Assembly (NCBI GenBank): GCA_048940925.1
Contig: JBHLOC010000008.1
Location: 1 to 64,000 of the forward strand
DNA: 64,000 bases
Origin: Promethearchaeota archaeon
GTDB taxonomy: Archaea > Asgardarchaeota > Lokiarchaeia > Sigyniarchaeales > SOKP01
Reading direction: 5' to 3'
A model generated the notes under the pieces. That model saw nothing but the letters and a program-made list of their open reading frames with translations, did no database searches and had not been told where the DNA came from. Every line of letters begins with the position of its first letter. Position 1 is the stretch's first letter. Made by a program: the position numbers and the translations under genes. Shown here in pieces: positions 49,176 through 59,457 of the stretch.

Positions 49176-50957
49176 ATGTATCAATTGAATCCTGAGGAAT
49201 TAATTAAAGCAAAAAAACTCATCAACGATGGCCAGTTAGATGAGGCTCTTCAATTAATCAACAATTACGAGGAAAAGGGTGAAACTACTATTGAGGCTCT
49301 AGTTTCATGTCATCTCCTCAAGTGTAACCTTTTATATCAGCAGGGCTTATTTGAAAATATCGTTAAACTTGCCGAACAAACTTATAAAGAGAGTCTAGAA
49401 TTAGGTAATAATCTCCTTTCGGTTGATGCGATACTTCAAATAGCTTTGGCATTAATAAACCTTTATAAATTGGAAAAAGGTTATGATCTAATTAAACAGG
49501 GGGAAGAACTACTAAAATTACTAAAATTTGAATTACCAACTGAGTATAAGCAAAGAGAGGCTAATCTAGCATATGTTAAAGGTATGTTTTACTGGCAACA
49601 AGGTGATGCTGATCAAGCATTAAAGCACTTAGAACACAGTTTAGCTTTATGTGAAGAACTCGATATTGAACCGGGAGTTGCCCAATCTCTTTTTAGAATA
49701 GCATGGATACTTGGTGTTTTTAAAGGCGAACTTGATCGTGCTTTAGAATATGCAGAACGAAGTATGGTTCTTGCTAAGGAAATTAATAATAAATTTAATG
49801 TTGCATGGAGCCTTAATGTCATGGCGGTATTACACTCTTTTAAGGGGGATTTAGGTAATGCTAATATGCTCTTTAAGCAATCCTTGGTAATTTTTGAGGA
49901 ACTTAACAATAAAATCATGACGGCAAGGGTTCTTAATAATATTACAAGTAACTATAGAAAAAGAGGGGAATTAAATCTTGCTTTAGAATCTATAGAAAAA
50001 TGTATAGCAATAAACAAAGTATTAGGAGATTTAAGACATGTAGCTAATAATCATGATTTTTTAATTAAAACATTAATTGATATGGGCGATATAAATCGGG
50101 CACAACATGCCCTTTATGAATTGGAGCAATTGAAAAACCAGTTAAACGACAAAATAATAAATTTAATGTATATTCTTGATAAGGCTTTAGTATTAAAAAC
50201 AAGCTTAAGAGCTCGCAATCGAGGTAAAGCTGAAGAATTATTTATCCAAATCCTTGAAGTTGAGGATATATCTTATGAAGACAAAATAGTAGCACTAATA
50301 AATTTATGTGAATTACTCCTAATTGAATTGCGAATAACCAACGATTTGGAGGTGTTGGACGAATTAAAGCAGTATATTACTCAACTTTTAGATATTGCTG
50401 ATCATATGCAGTCCTATTGGATTCTGTGCGAAACTTATCTTTTACAAGCAAAGTTATCACTTTTAACCTTTGATATAAAAAAAGCTAGACGATTTTTGAT
50501 ACAAGCCCAACAAATTGCTGAAAGATTTTATCTTACTCAGTTAAAAGTGAAAATTACCAATGAAAACATGGAATTACTTAAAAAGTTAGACTTATGGGAA
50601 AGATTAAAAGAAACAGATGCACCGATAGCAGAACGCATGAAATTAGCTCGTTTAGATGATAAAATTGAAATTGTGGTTCAGGACAGTACTATATTAACTG
50701 CTCAAGTCAGAGAAGAGAAAGTTGATATTTATAAAAAGAAGAAAATTTGCTTGGTTTGTCGTGGTGAAGTGTTACGATTCTCATACATCTGTGAATGTGG
50801 GACAATTTATTGCGAGAATTGTGCTCGAGCATTAACGAATTTGGAAAATGCATGCTGGACATGTGAAGCCCCAATTGATTATACAAAACCTGTTAAATTA
50901 TATAAAGAAGAAGAAAATAAGAAAATTGAGGAAAAAGGAAAGAAAAAACAAAATTAA
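49176..50957 (+). CDS. TPR-repeat protein with C-terminal 8-Cys RING-like zinc finger
   Basis: Multiple TPR helices; tail KKICLVC..CEC..YCENCAR.LENACWTC nearly identical in pattern to that of 1444..2508. Confidence 0.85.
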   Translation: MYQLNPEELIKAKKLINDGQLDEALQLINNYEEKGETTIEALVSCHLLKCNLLYQQGLFENIVKLAEQTYKESLELGNNLLSVDAILQIALALINLYKLEKGYDLIKQGEELLKLLKFELPTEYKQREANLAYVKGMFYWQQGDADQALKHLEHSLALCEELDIEPGVAQSLFRIAWILGVFKGELDRALEYAERSMVLAKEINNKFNVAWSLNVMAVLHSFKGDLGNANMLFKQSLVIFEELNNKIMTARVLNNITSNYRKRGELNLALESIEKCIAINKVLGDLRHVANNHDFLIKTLIDMGDINRAQHALYELEQLKNQLNDKIINLMYILDKALVLKTSLRARNRGKAEELFIQILEVEDISYEDKIVALINLCELLLIELRITNDLEVLDELKQYITQLLDIADHMQSYWILCETYLLQAKLSLLTFDIKKARRFLIQAQQIAERFYLTQLKVKITNENMELLKKLDLWERLKETDAPIAERMKLARLDDKIEIVVQDSTILTAQVREEKVDIYKKKKICLVCRGEVLRFSYICECGTIYCENCARALTNLENACWTCEAPIDYTKPVKLYKEEENKKIEEKGKKKQN

Positions 50958-51061
50958 TCTGATAAATTCGACAAAAAAGAAAAGTAGATTTAGGATTAGC
51001 AGCAGCAACTTATAATTAAATAAAAATTTCTTTTCTTTTTTTTTACTTCAAAAAAAATATA

Positions 51062-51106
51062 TATTATCCATAGTTTTTTGTCGTATTATTACATCTCATA
51101 CTCTTA
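51062..51106 (+). repeat. 45-bp direct repeat, right copy
   Basis: TATTATCCATAGTTTTTTGTCGTATTATTACATCTCATACTCTTA. Confidence 0.85.
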
Positions 51107-51260
51107 ATCTTCGAAATTATTATTCATATCGTTAATCTTAAATATGAATTTTTGATACTTCGTTTTAATTAGATAAGTTTTTGAATAAATAAATATTACA
51201 TTTAATAATTGATCTTATCATTGAAATAAAGGAAAATTAACACTATAAGCGATTCTATTA

Positions 51261-52895
51261 ATGCTATCTGACGACTATTTATTTTCTGACATTGGAATTG
51301 ATTCAATTGGTTTTTATGCTCCAAGGAACTACGTTAGCTTGAAAGAACTCGCATTGGAAAGAAAAGTTGATCCTGCTAAGTATGAGAAAGGACTTCTATC
51401 AAAAGAAATGCGCGTTCCTGAAGTGGATGAAGATATTATTTCTCTTGGATTGAAAGCAGGATATAGCGCATTACAACGAGGTAATATTCCTCCTAAAACC
51501 ATTGATGCATTATTTGTTGGTACTGAAACAGAAGTATATGCTGCGAAGAGTATATCAAATATCTTCGCTGAGATGTTGAATATTTCTCCCAATTCTTTAA
51601 CTCAAGATATCTATAATGCCTGTGCAGGTGGTACACTAGCAATTCTTAATGCAATTGCAATGATTGAAAAAGAAATAATTAACAAAGCTCTTATTATAAG
51701 CGCTGACATCTCATCATATCACCTAGGCTCTCCAGGTGAACCAACACAAGGCTCGGGAGCTATCGCTATGGTAATCTCAAAGGATCCTCGTATAGCATCA
51801 TTCAGTAAAAAGTTTGGAAGGATCTCCGGAAATGTCAATGATTTTTTTAGACCCCCAAATGATAAAAATGCAAGAGCCTTTGGTCAATATTCTCAAGATA
51901 GTTATATTGATTTCCAATTAAAGGCTTACGATGATTTAATTGATAATGCTGGAGATTTTCATGCAGATTTCTATACATTTCATGCTCCTTTTAGTAAATT
52001 ACCTTTAAAAATTATGCAACAAATCATATTGAAACGTTGGATAAAACACATAAGTGATTTACCAAAATTTGAACGAAATAAATTTAGATCCTCAATTTTA
52101 AAGAAAATTGATTCATTTTTACATGATGTAACTGTTTTACCAGAATATATTTACTTAAAACTAAATGAAAGAGGATTTTCTTCCTCCACACTGGAACGAC
52201 TTTCAATGTGGGTGAATACAAATGTTAAAGCACGAGTACTTCCTCAATTACGAGTTCCTATGCATTTTGGTAATATGTACAATGCGAGTGTTTGGGCACA
52301 AATAATTTTTCTTCTAGAGAATCATGTTCATGCTAATGATATAATTTATTTTGGATCTTACGGCTCCGGAGCAACATGTATTTCAGGTTTATTAAAAGTC
52401 CAAGATGATTACAATGATGTTGTCCAAAATGGTCCGAAAATAAATGATTTCATTCATTTAAAGAAGAAGAAATCAGTATTAGAATATGAACTTATAAAAA
52501 ACGGAGATGTAAAGCCAATAGTTTTATTAGGAAAGATTGCTGAGCACGAACAAAACAATCATAGGGGTTTTACACTCCATTTTTGTGATGAGGGATGTAT
52601 TATTCCGAACATAAAAGGATTAGATCGTTGTCCTAAAGGTCATACAGGCTACCATGAAAGATTTTTTCCACTTTTTGCTAAACTGACCTCTGACCCTATT
52701 GCTCAAAATGATATTGAGGACCTTAGTTATCTAAATAAAGGCCTTGTAAGAGTAGCAAGTAATGTAAGTAAGGGTAGCTCTCTAGAATATGAAATAAGGA
52801 GAGTTGAAAGAGAATTTGAAGAAAATCTCAATGCTAAAGGGCTCTTAAACTGGACTCCTTTCTATATTAATCTCCCAAATCACCATGTTTACTAG
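51261..52895 (+). CDS. mvaS: HMG-CoA synthase with C-terminal DUF35-like extension
   Basis: VGTE, NACAGG (catalytic Cys), GEPTQGSGA, FHAPF, GNMYNAS and SYGSG motifs. Confidence 0.88.
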   Translation: MLSDDYLFSDIGIDSIGFYAPRNYVSLKELALERKVDPAKYEKGLLSKEMRVPEVDEDIISLGLKAGYSALQRGNIPPKTIDALFVGTETEVYAAKSISNIFAEMLNISPNSLTQDIYNACAGGTLAILNAIAMIEKEIINKALIISADISSYHLGSPGEPTQGSGAIAMVISKDPRIASFSKKFGRISGNVNDFFRPPNDKNARAFGQYSQDSYIDFQLKAYDDLIDNAGDFHADFYTFHAPFSKLPLKIMQQIILKRWIKHISDLPKFERNKFRSSILKKIDSFLHDVTVLPEYIYLKLNERGFSSSTLERLSMWVNTNVKARVLPQLRVPMHFGNMYNASVWAQIIFLLENHVHANDIIYFGSYGSGATCISGLLKVQDDYNDVVQNGPKINDFIHLKKKKSVLEYELIKNGDVKPIVLLGKIAEHEQNNHRGFTLHFCDEGCIIPNIKGLDRCPKGHTGYHERFFPLFAKLTSDPIAQNDIEDLSYLNKGLVRVASNVSKGSSLEYEIRRVEREFEENLNAKGLLNWTPFYINLPNHHVY

Positions 52896-52997
52896 AATTT
52901 ATCCAGTTTTTTACCTGTATTGAATCTACAAAAGGTAAAGTAAAGTGTAAGAAAATTTAGACAAAACTTATTAAATTTTTGAATTTATGAAAAATTA

Positions 52998-54278
52998 ATG
53001 AAAGATTTTCATTCAGATATTTCTGGGTTTTATAAATTATCAATTGATGAACGTCTAAAATTATTATCTGAACTTATTAATTTAAGTCAAGATGAAATTG
53101 AAATACTAAAGACATTAGGTTATTTTACATCAACTCAGATTGATACATTAATCGAGAATGTAGTAGGAAGCTATCAGTTACCATTTGGTCTTGCCTTTAA
53201 CTTTAGAATTAATAACAGAGACTATATCATACCCATGGTTATTGAAGAACCTTCGGTGGTGGCAGCTGCTTCAAATGCTGCTAAAATGGCCCGAGAGCAT
53301 GGTGGATTTCACTCAGAGGAGGTAAAATCAGTAATGATCTCTCAGATTCAAATAACTCAAATTCAAGATATTGAGTATGTACGACAGCAAATTTTAAATA
53401 ACAAAGACCAAATCTTAAAAATCGCCAACGAACAAGATCCTTTATTAAATAAATTAGGTGGTGGTGCACTTGATCTTGAACTTCGAGAGTTAGATACAAA
53501 TAGAGGTAAGATGATGATAATTCATTTATTGGTTAATGTTCTAGATGCCATGGGCGCCAACATAGTTAACACAATGGCAGAAGCTATAAGCCCTTTTATT
53601 GAAGAAATCACAGAAGGAAAAATTTATTTGCGAATTTTATCGAATCTAGCTACTCATCGAATTGCTAAGAGTAAAGCAACTTTTGATAAAGAGTTATTAG
53701 GGGGAGAAGAAGTAGTGGAAGGAATACTAAATGCTTATGAATTTGCTTTAGCTGATCCATATCGTGCGACCACTCATAATAAAGGAATAATGAATGGTAT
53801 TATTGCCTTAACATTAGCAACTGGAAATGATACTCGCGCTATTGAATCAGGTGCTCATGCATTTGCCTCTTTGAGTGGAAAGTACTCTCCGTTAACTAAA
53901 TTCGGATTAGATTCAAAAGGAAATTTAGTTGGAGAAATTGAGCTACCTCTTGCTTTAGGAATTGTTGGAGGTATGACAAAAATACATCCTATGGCACGAC
54001 TAGCTTTAAAAATATTAAATGTACAAAGTGCGAATGAGCTCTCACAGGTGGGTGCTGCTCTTGGTTTGGCACAAAATGTGGCAGCTTTAAGAGCCTTAGC
54101 AGCAGAAGGTATTCAAAAGGGTCATATGGCACTCCATTCTCGTAATATTGCAAAAGTCGCAGGAGTACCTGATAAATTAGTAGAGAGAGTTGCCAAAAAA
54201 ATGATAGAAGAGAAAAAAATAAGAGTTGATTATGCAAGAGAAATTTTACAAAAAATAAATGATGATGAAAACCTTTAG
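52998..54278 (+). CDS. mvaA: HMG-CoA reductase (class II type)
   Basis: ENVVG, EEPSVVAAAS, DAMGAN, RATTHNKG and GIQKGHM motifs. Confidence 0.93.
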   Translation: MKDFHSDISGFYKLSIDERLKLLSELINLSQDEIEILKTLGYFTSTQIDTLIENVVGSYQLPFGLAFNFRINNRDYIIPMVIEEPSVVAAASNAAKMAREHGGFHSEEVKSVMISQIQITQIQDIEYVRQQILNNKDQILKIANEQDPLLNKLGGGALDLELRELDTNRGKMMIIHLLVNVLDAMGANIVNTMAEAISPFIEEITEGKIYLRILSNLATHRIAKSKATFDKELLGGEEVVEGILNAYEFALADPYRATTHNKGIMNGIIALTLATGNDTRAIESGAHAFASLSGKYSPLTKFGLDSKGNLVGEIELPLALGIVGGMTKIHPMARLALKILNVQSANELSQVGAALGLAQNVAALRALAAEGIQKGHMALHSRNIAKVAGVPDKLVERVAKKMIEEKKIRVDYAREILQKINDDENL

Positions 54279-54359
54279 TTTTATAAAAAGTGGTTCTGTA
54301 ACTCCTCTAAGAAAAACCACAATTATTATTCATATTATCAAGATAACCATGTATAGAAG

Positions 54360-55670
54360 ATGAGTTATATGGGATTTAGAGAATATATAAATAAAATAGA
54401 TAAAGAAGGAATACTCCGAAAGGTGGATGTAGAAGTTTCCAAAAGACTAGAAATTGCTGGTATTTTGAAAGAGATTGAACCAACTCCCGTAATATTTAAT
54501 AATATAAGAGAATCTGATTTTCGTGTTGTAGGTAATGTGTTCTGTACTAAGAATGTTATTGCTTCATATTTCGGTGTGACTCCTGCAGATCTCATACCAA
54601 TGCTTTCAAAAGCAATAACAGAACGTTCTGAACCGGAAATCGTATCTAATGCCCCTTGTCAAGAAGTGATCGAATCAAGTGTAGATTTAGATAAAATACC
54701 CATTTTATTTCATTGTGAAAAAGATGGTGGAAACTACATTAGTTCTGCAGTTGTTGTAACCAGAGATCCGGATTATGGGCAAAACTTAGATTTTCATCGA
54801 GCAATGCAATATTCTAAAGACAAATTTGCTACTCGAATAGTCAAAGGACGCCACTTTTATAAATTTTTAGAAAAAAATGGCGAAGTAGAAGTTGCATATT
54901 GTGTAGGTAATACCCCCAACATTCTGATAGCCGGAGCTACGTCTGTAGATATTGGTGTTGATGAATTACACATTGCTAATGCACTAGAACCAATTAAAGT
55001 TGTAAAGGCAAATTCAGTGGATCTTATAATACCCGCAGAAGCTGAGTTTGTATTAGAAGGTCGTGTTTACTTTGAAGAAAGACATGTTGAAGGTCCTTTT
55101 ATTGATCTGACTGAAACATATGATGTAATTAGAGAAGAACCTATTTTTGAAGTTAAGAGAATTACTCATAGAAAAGATGCGATTTGGCAAGCCTTATTAC
55201 CAGGAGCACTTGAACATAAAATATTAATGGGTATGCCTAGGGAACCCACTATTTTCAATAAAGTAAATGAAGCAGGAGTTAAGTGTTTGGATGTAAATAT
55301 TAGTCCTGGTGGGTCTTCTTGGTTGCATGCAATAGTCCAAATTGATAAAAAATCAGAAGAAGATGGAAGAAAGGCAATTGAAGGAACTTTTGCAGGGCAT
55401 ACAAGCTGTAAACATGCTTTTATTGTCGATAAAGATATTAATATCTATGATCCTTTATCAGTAGAATGGGCGATGGCGACTCGTTTTCAAGGAGATACTA
55501 GAATGATTGTGAAAGATAAAGAACCAGGTAGCAGTTTAGACCCAAGCGCGGAACCTGGAACAAAAATGACCACAAAAATTGGTTTTGATTTAACAAAACC
55601 TTTGGTTGTGAAAGGGAAAAGTTTTGACATTGCAGAGTTTCCTAAAGTAGATATTAATAAATATTTTTAA
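54360..55670 (+). CDS. UbiD-family prFMN decarboxylase, likely anhydromevalonate-phosphate decarboxylase
   Basis: EGPFID, VEWAMATR and GSSLDPS motifs; located in the MVA operon next to aconitase X. Confidence 0.85.
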   Translation: MSYMGFREYINKIDKEGILRKVDVEVSKRLEIAGILKEIEPTPVIFNNIRESDFRVVGNVFCTKNVIASYFGVTPADLIPMLSKAITERSEPEIVSNAPCQEVIESSVDLDKIPILFHCEKDGGNYISSAVVVTRDPDYGQNLDFHRAMQYSKDKFATRIVKGRHFYKFLEKNGEVEVAYCVGNTPNILIAGATSVDIGVDELHIANALEPIKVVKANSVDLIIPAEAEFVLEGRVYFEERHVEGPFIDLTETYDVIREEPIFEVKRITHRKDAIWQALLPGALEHKILMGMPREPTIFNKVNEAGVKCLDVNISPGGSSWLHAIVQIDKKSEEDGRKAIEGTFAGHTSCKHAFIVDKDINIYDPLSVEWAMATRFQGDTRMIVKDKEPGSSLDPSAEPGTKMTTKIGFDLTKPLVVKGKSFDIAEFPKVDINKYF

Positions 55671-55688
55671 TATTGGAGTAGTTGGAAA

Positions 55689-56882
55689 ATGAAATTAACA
55701 TCTGAAGAACAGGATATGTTAGAGGGCAAGTATGGAAAAGCTGCTAAAAAATCAATGGAAATTTTAACCACACTGGGGGAAATATTTGATGCAGAGGATA
55801 TGATCGATATAGTTGGTGTTCAGATAGCAGGCGTCTCTTATGATAATCTTGGTGAAGCAGGATTAGAATTTTTGAGTGAAATGGCAGAAGATGGTAAAAT
55901 TCGCGTTTTAACCACCTTAAATCCTGCTGGAATGGATCGTGAAAATTGGCAAAGGTTAGGTATTGATGAAGAATTTGCCAAAAACCAAAATCGTGCTATA
56001 GATGCATTTGCTAAAATGGGTATAATTACCACCTGTTCTTGTACTCCATACTTAATTGGAATTAGCCCACATTATGGACAACATCTCGCTTGGGCAGAGA
56101 GTAGTGCTGTATGTTATGCAAATTCTGTTATTGGCGCTCGAACTAATCGTGAAGGAGGGCCAAGCGCATTGGCATCAGCATTAACAGGAAAAACACCTAG
56201 ATATGGTTATCACTTGGATGAAAATCGCCACGGGCAAGTTTTAATCAAAGTGAATACTTCTGTTAATGGAACTGATGAATTTGGAGTTCTTGGAAAAATT
56301 ATTGGTGATAAATTGGGGGAATTAGGCAAAAAAATTCCCTATATAATTGGAATTCTAGCAGCTACTGTTGAAGAACTTAAGTCCTTTTGTGCATCTGTTG
56401 CTACTTATGGTGGAACAGCTTTGTTTCATATGGAGGGTATTACTCCCGAGTCTGAAAAATATCCCAAACCAAGTGATACCGTTTTTGAAATAAATCAATC
56501 TGATTTAGAAAAAACGCGAACTGAACTTATTGATGAAGATAGCGAAATTGATTTTGTCAGTATTGGTTGTCCTCACGCCTCAATCCATGAAATCGCAACA
56601 ATCGCAAATTTATTAGAAGGCAAGAAAGTAAAGAAAGAATTTTGGATAACTACTGCTCGACCAACAAAGAAAATTGCTGATGAAGCTGGGTATTCCAAAA
56701 TTATTGAAGAAGCAGGAGCGAAATTTGCAGCAGATACATGTTGTGTAGTAGCTCCTATTAAAGGACGTTTTAAAGGAATTATGGTAGATTCAGCTAAAGC
56801 ATGTTATTATGGTCGTGCAAGAAATAAATTTAAAGTAAAAATTGGCACAGTTGAAGAATGTGTTGAGGAGGCAACAAAATGA
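55689..56882 (+). CDS. Aconitase X catalytic subunit (phosphomevalonate dehydratase large subunit)
   Basis: CSCTPY, WAESSA, GARTNREGG, IGCPH and DTCCVV motifs. Confidence 0.9.
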   Translation: MKLTSEEQDMLEGKYGKAAKKSMEILTTLGEIFDAEDMIDIVGVQIAGVSYDNLGEAGLEFLSEMAEDGKIRVLTTLNPAGMDRENWQRLGIDEEFAKNQNRAIDAFAKMGIITTCSCTPYLIGISPHYGQHLAWAESSAVCYANSVIGARTNREGGPSALASALTGKTPRYGYHLDENRHGQVLIKVNTSVNGTDEFGVLGKIIGDKLGELGKKIPYIIGILAATVEELKSFCASVATYGGTALFHMEGITPESEKYPKPSDTVFEINQSDLEKTRTELIDEDSEIDFVSIGCPHASIHEIATIANLLEGKKVKKEFWITTARPTKKIADEAGYSKIIEEAGAKFAADTCCVVAPIKGRFKGIMVDSAKACYYGRARNKFKVKIGTVEECVEEATK

Positions 56883-57271
56883 AGTTACAAGGAAGAAAAA
56901 TATATAATGGAATAGTTGAGGCAGAAGCTCTAGTAACTAAGGATGGTATTTCATTTTATGGAGGGGTTGATCCTGATACTGGTAAGGTAGTCGAAGTTGG
57001 TCATGAACTTGAAGGTCAATCAGTCTCAGGAAAGGTCTTAGTATTTCCAACCGGTAAAGGTTCCACAGTAGGATCATATACAATGTATCGAATGATGAAA
57101 AACAATACTGCACCAGCTGCTATCGTAAATGAACAAATAGATACCATTATAGCCGTCGGGTGTATAATTAGTGAAATTCCTTGTGTGGACAAAATTAATA
57201 TTGATGACATAAAAACAGGTCAAAAACTCGTTGTCAATGGTTCAGATGGAACAATTGAATTAATAGATTAG
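56879..57271 (+). CDS. Aconitase X swivel subunit (phosphomevalonate dehydratase small subunit)
   Basis: ISFYGGVDP and GKGSTVGS motifs; ATGA overlap with the large subunit. Confidence 0.9.
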   Translation: MKLQGRKIYNGIVEAEALVTKDGISFYGGVDPDTGKVVEVGHELEGQSVSGKVLVFPTGKGSTVGSYTMYRMMKNNTAPAAIVNEQIDTIIAVGCIISEIPCVDKINIDDIKTGQKLVVNGSDGTIELID

Positions 57272-57278
57272 TTTTATT

Positions 57279-58298
57279 TTGATATTAATGAAATCTTCTG
57301 CAATTGCCCATTCAAATATAGCGTTGATAAAATATTGGGGTCATTGGGATAAAGTTTCCCCCGAATTAAATATACCTTTAAATGATAGCGTAAGCATGAC
57401 AAAATATGGGCTATCAGAAAATACTCACTTACAAGCTCATACAACAATTGAATTCTCAGAGAATTTCAAAGAAAATCAGGCAATATTAAATAATAACCTT
57501 TTGAAAGGAAGAGATTTAGAAAGAATATTAAAAATCATAAATCCATTAAAAAAACTGAAAAAAATTGATTACAATTTTAAAATGGTGAGTTTTAATGATT
57601 TTCCCACCCAAGCAGGTCTAGCATCTTCCGCAGCTGGGTTTGCTGCACTTACCATTGCCACTGCAAAAGCTTTGGATTTGGATCTAGCCCAAAAAGAATT
57701 ATCAACATTTGCTAGATTAGGTTCTGGTTCTGCAGCACGCTCAATTCATGGTGGGTTTGTATATTGGCATCGTGGTTTCTCCCATGAGACTTCTTATACT
57801 GAGCAGATATGTAGTTCAGAACACTTTGATATAAATGCAGTTATTGCAATAGTTGATGAAGGAAGAAAGGATGTCACCTCTGACCTTGGACATGAATTAG
57901 CAAAGACAAGTATATTTAATGCAATTCGAGTTAAAAAATCGCATGAAGAAGCTAAAGAAATTAAGAGTGCAATTCTAGACGATGATTTTAAGAAAGTTGG
58001 AATGATTGCTGAGAAAAATTGCTTATATATGCATGCTGTAATGATGACTTCTGAACCCGCTTTATTTTATTGGAATCCACTTACTTTAAAAGTAATAAAG
58101 AAAGTGTTGTATATACGAAAATCAGAAAAAATAGATTGCTTCTTTACAATCGATGCAGGTCCAAATGTACATTGTTTTTGCAGACCAGAAAATATTGATT
58201 GTATTCAAAAAATGCTAGGATCTATAGAAGGTATTGAAAAAACTATCCTTATAAAACCTGCTAATGATTCTTATCCGACAAATGAACATTTGTTTTAA
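57279..58298 (+). CDS. mvaD: (Di)phosphomevalonate decarboxylase, GHMP family
   Basis: NIALIKYWG, PTQAGLASSAAG, GSGSAARS and TIDAGPNVH motifs. Confidence 0.88.
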   Translation: MILMKSSAIAHSNIALIKYWGHWDKVSPELNIPLNDSVSMTKYGLSENTHLQAHTTIEFSENFKENQAILNNNLLKGRDLERILKIINPLKKLKKIDYNFKMVSFNDFPTQAGLASSAAGFAALTIATAKALDLDLAQKELSTFARLGSGSAARSIHGGFVYWHRGFSHETSYTEQICSSEHFDINAVIAIVDEGRKDVTSDLGHELAKTSIFNAIRVKKSHEEAKEIKSAILDDDFKKVGMIAEKNCLYMHAVMMTSEPALFYWNPLTLKVIKKVLYIRKSEKIDCFFTIDAGPNVHCFCRPENIDCIQKMLGSIEGIEKTILIKPANDSYPTNEHLF

Positions 58299-58441
58299 AA
58301 ATATACATAATTAGTATCTCTCTGATCCAACTGTTCAAATAAAATTAAAAATTATCAAAATAAGTTATAGGTTAAGAAATTTAAATAGATTTGAATATTT
58401 TCAAATTTTATCATATCATACAAAATTAATTGGTGAAAAAT

Positions 58442-59408
58442 TTGGGAACTGGAAAAGGCTTTGGAAAGACCATACTTTTTGGCGAAATTTTATCCCTCTT
58501 TCAGGTATAAACGCAAACATTTTGTAGTGTATGGCTTACCAGCAATTGCTTCAGCATTAAGTTCTTTTACTACAGCTAAAGTAAAAGTTGTTAAAGGAAA
58601 TGGTTGGGTGGTTGATGATCAAAGACCTGCTACACCTGGATATAAGGAACAAAAATATAATGATGCTATGCAATCTATTGTAAATGTGATTCAGCATTTA
58701 AACATTGATTCGGAGAATCAAAAACTTGAAATAACTTTTGCTGGTGACTTAATAGCTGCGAGTGGTGTCGGTGCATCGGCAGCTCAATGTACTTCTTTAG
58801 CTCGTGCAATAAATAATACTTTTAATCTAAACCTAAATAATGAAGAGATTAACGAAGCAGCATATGAAGGAGAGAAAGCATATCATGGGACGCCATCAGG
58901 AATTGATAATACAGCTTCTACATATGGTGGTTTGATTTGGTTCATTAAGAATTTAAGCGGTGGAAAGAATAAGATGGATTTACTACAATCACCAAAAAGG
59001 ATCCCCCTTGTGATCGGGAATACTGGAATAACTGCCTCGACTACAGAGGTTGTTTCGGATGTAAGAAGCCAAAAAGAAGAAAATCCAGAAAAGTATGAGA
59101 AAATCTTTAATGACTATAAAATATTAGCAACTAAAGCAAAGGATGCGTTATTAAGGGGTGATATCAATGAGATTGGAAGACTTATGAATCAAAATCATAA
59201 ATTATTACAAGATATAACCGTATCTGGAGAATTAAATGATAAATTAGTGGATGTAGCACTTAAAAATGGTGCTGTTGGTGCAAAAATGACTGGAACTGGA
59301 CGTGGAGGCTTGATAATAGCATTAGCTGAAAATGAAGAAATACAAGGGCAAATAGCAAATGCAATCAAGAGAGAGGGATATGATGCTTGGGAAACTATGA
59401 TTGGATGA
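58442..59408 (+). CDS. mvk: Mevalonate kinase, interrupted by a 31-nt insert (311 aa if spliced)
   Basis: RBS GGTGA, then TTG 58442 gives MGTGKGFGKTILFGE; resumes in another frame at 58518 as HFVVYG; GVGASAA, HGTPSGID and GAKMTGTGRGG motifs. Confidence 0.88.
58487..58517 (+). other. Candidate bulge-helix-bulge-type mRNA intron
   Basis: ATTTTATCCCTCTTTCAGGTATAAACGCAAA; carries an in-frame TAA; removal restores GEHFVVYG; ends form a BHB-like motif. Confidence 0.65.
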
Positions 59409-59457
59409 GAAAAAAGTTACCTAAAATTAAACACTCTGAAATTATATTTTATTTATC

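Noticed and set aside
54290-54320. GTGGTT...AACCAC stem between HMG-CoA reductase and the UbiD gene
   Set aside because: Only 6 bp with a large loop; insufficient to call a terminator or regulatory RNA
58491-58510. Spliceosomal-looking signals in the mvk insert (pyrimidine tract plus CAG|GTA)
   Set aside because: The frame-restoring junctions begin and end in A-runs, not GT...AG; the CAG/GT lies mid-insert, so it is most likely coincidence
58461-58517. ORF-track N-terminus MERPYFLAKFYPSFRYKRK as the real mvk start
   Set aside because: It lacks the conserved GK.ILFGE motif, which is encoded in another frame behind a proper RBS
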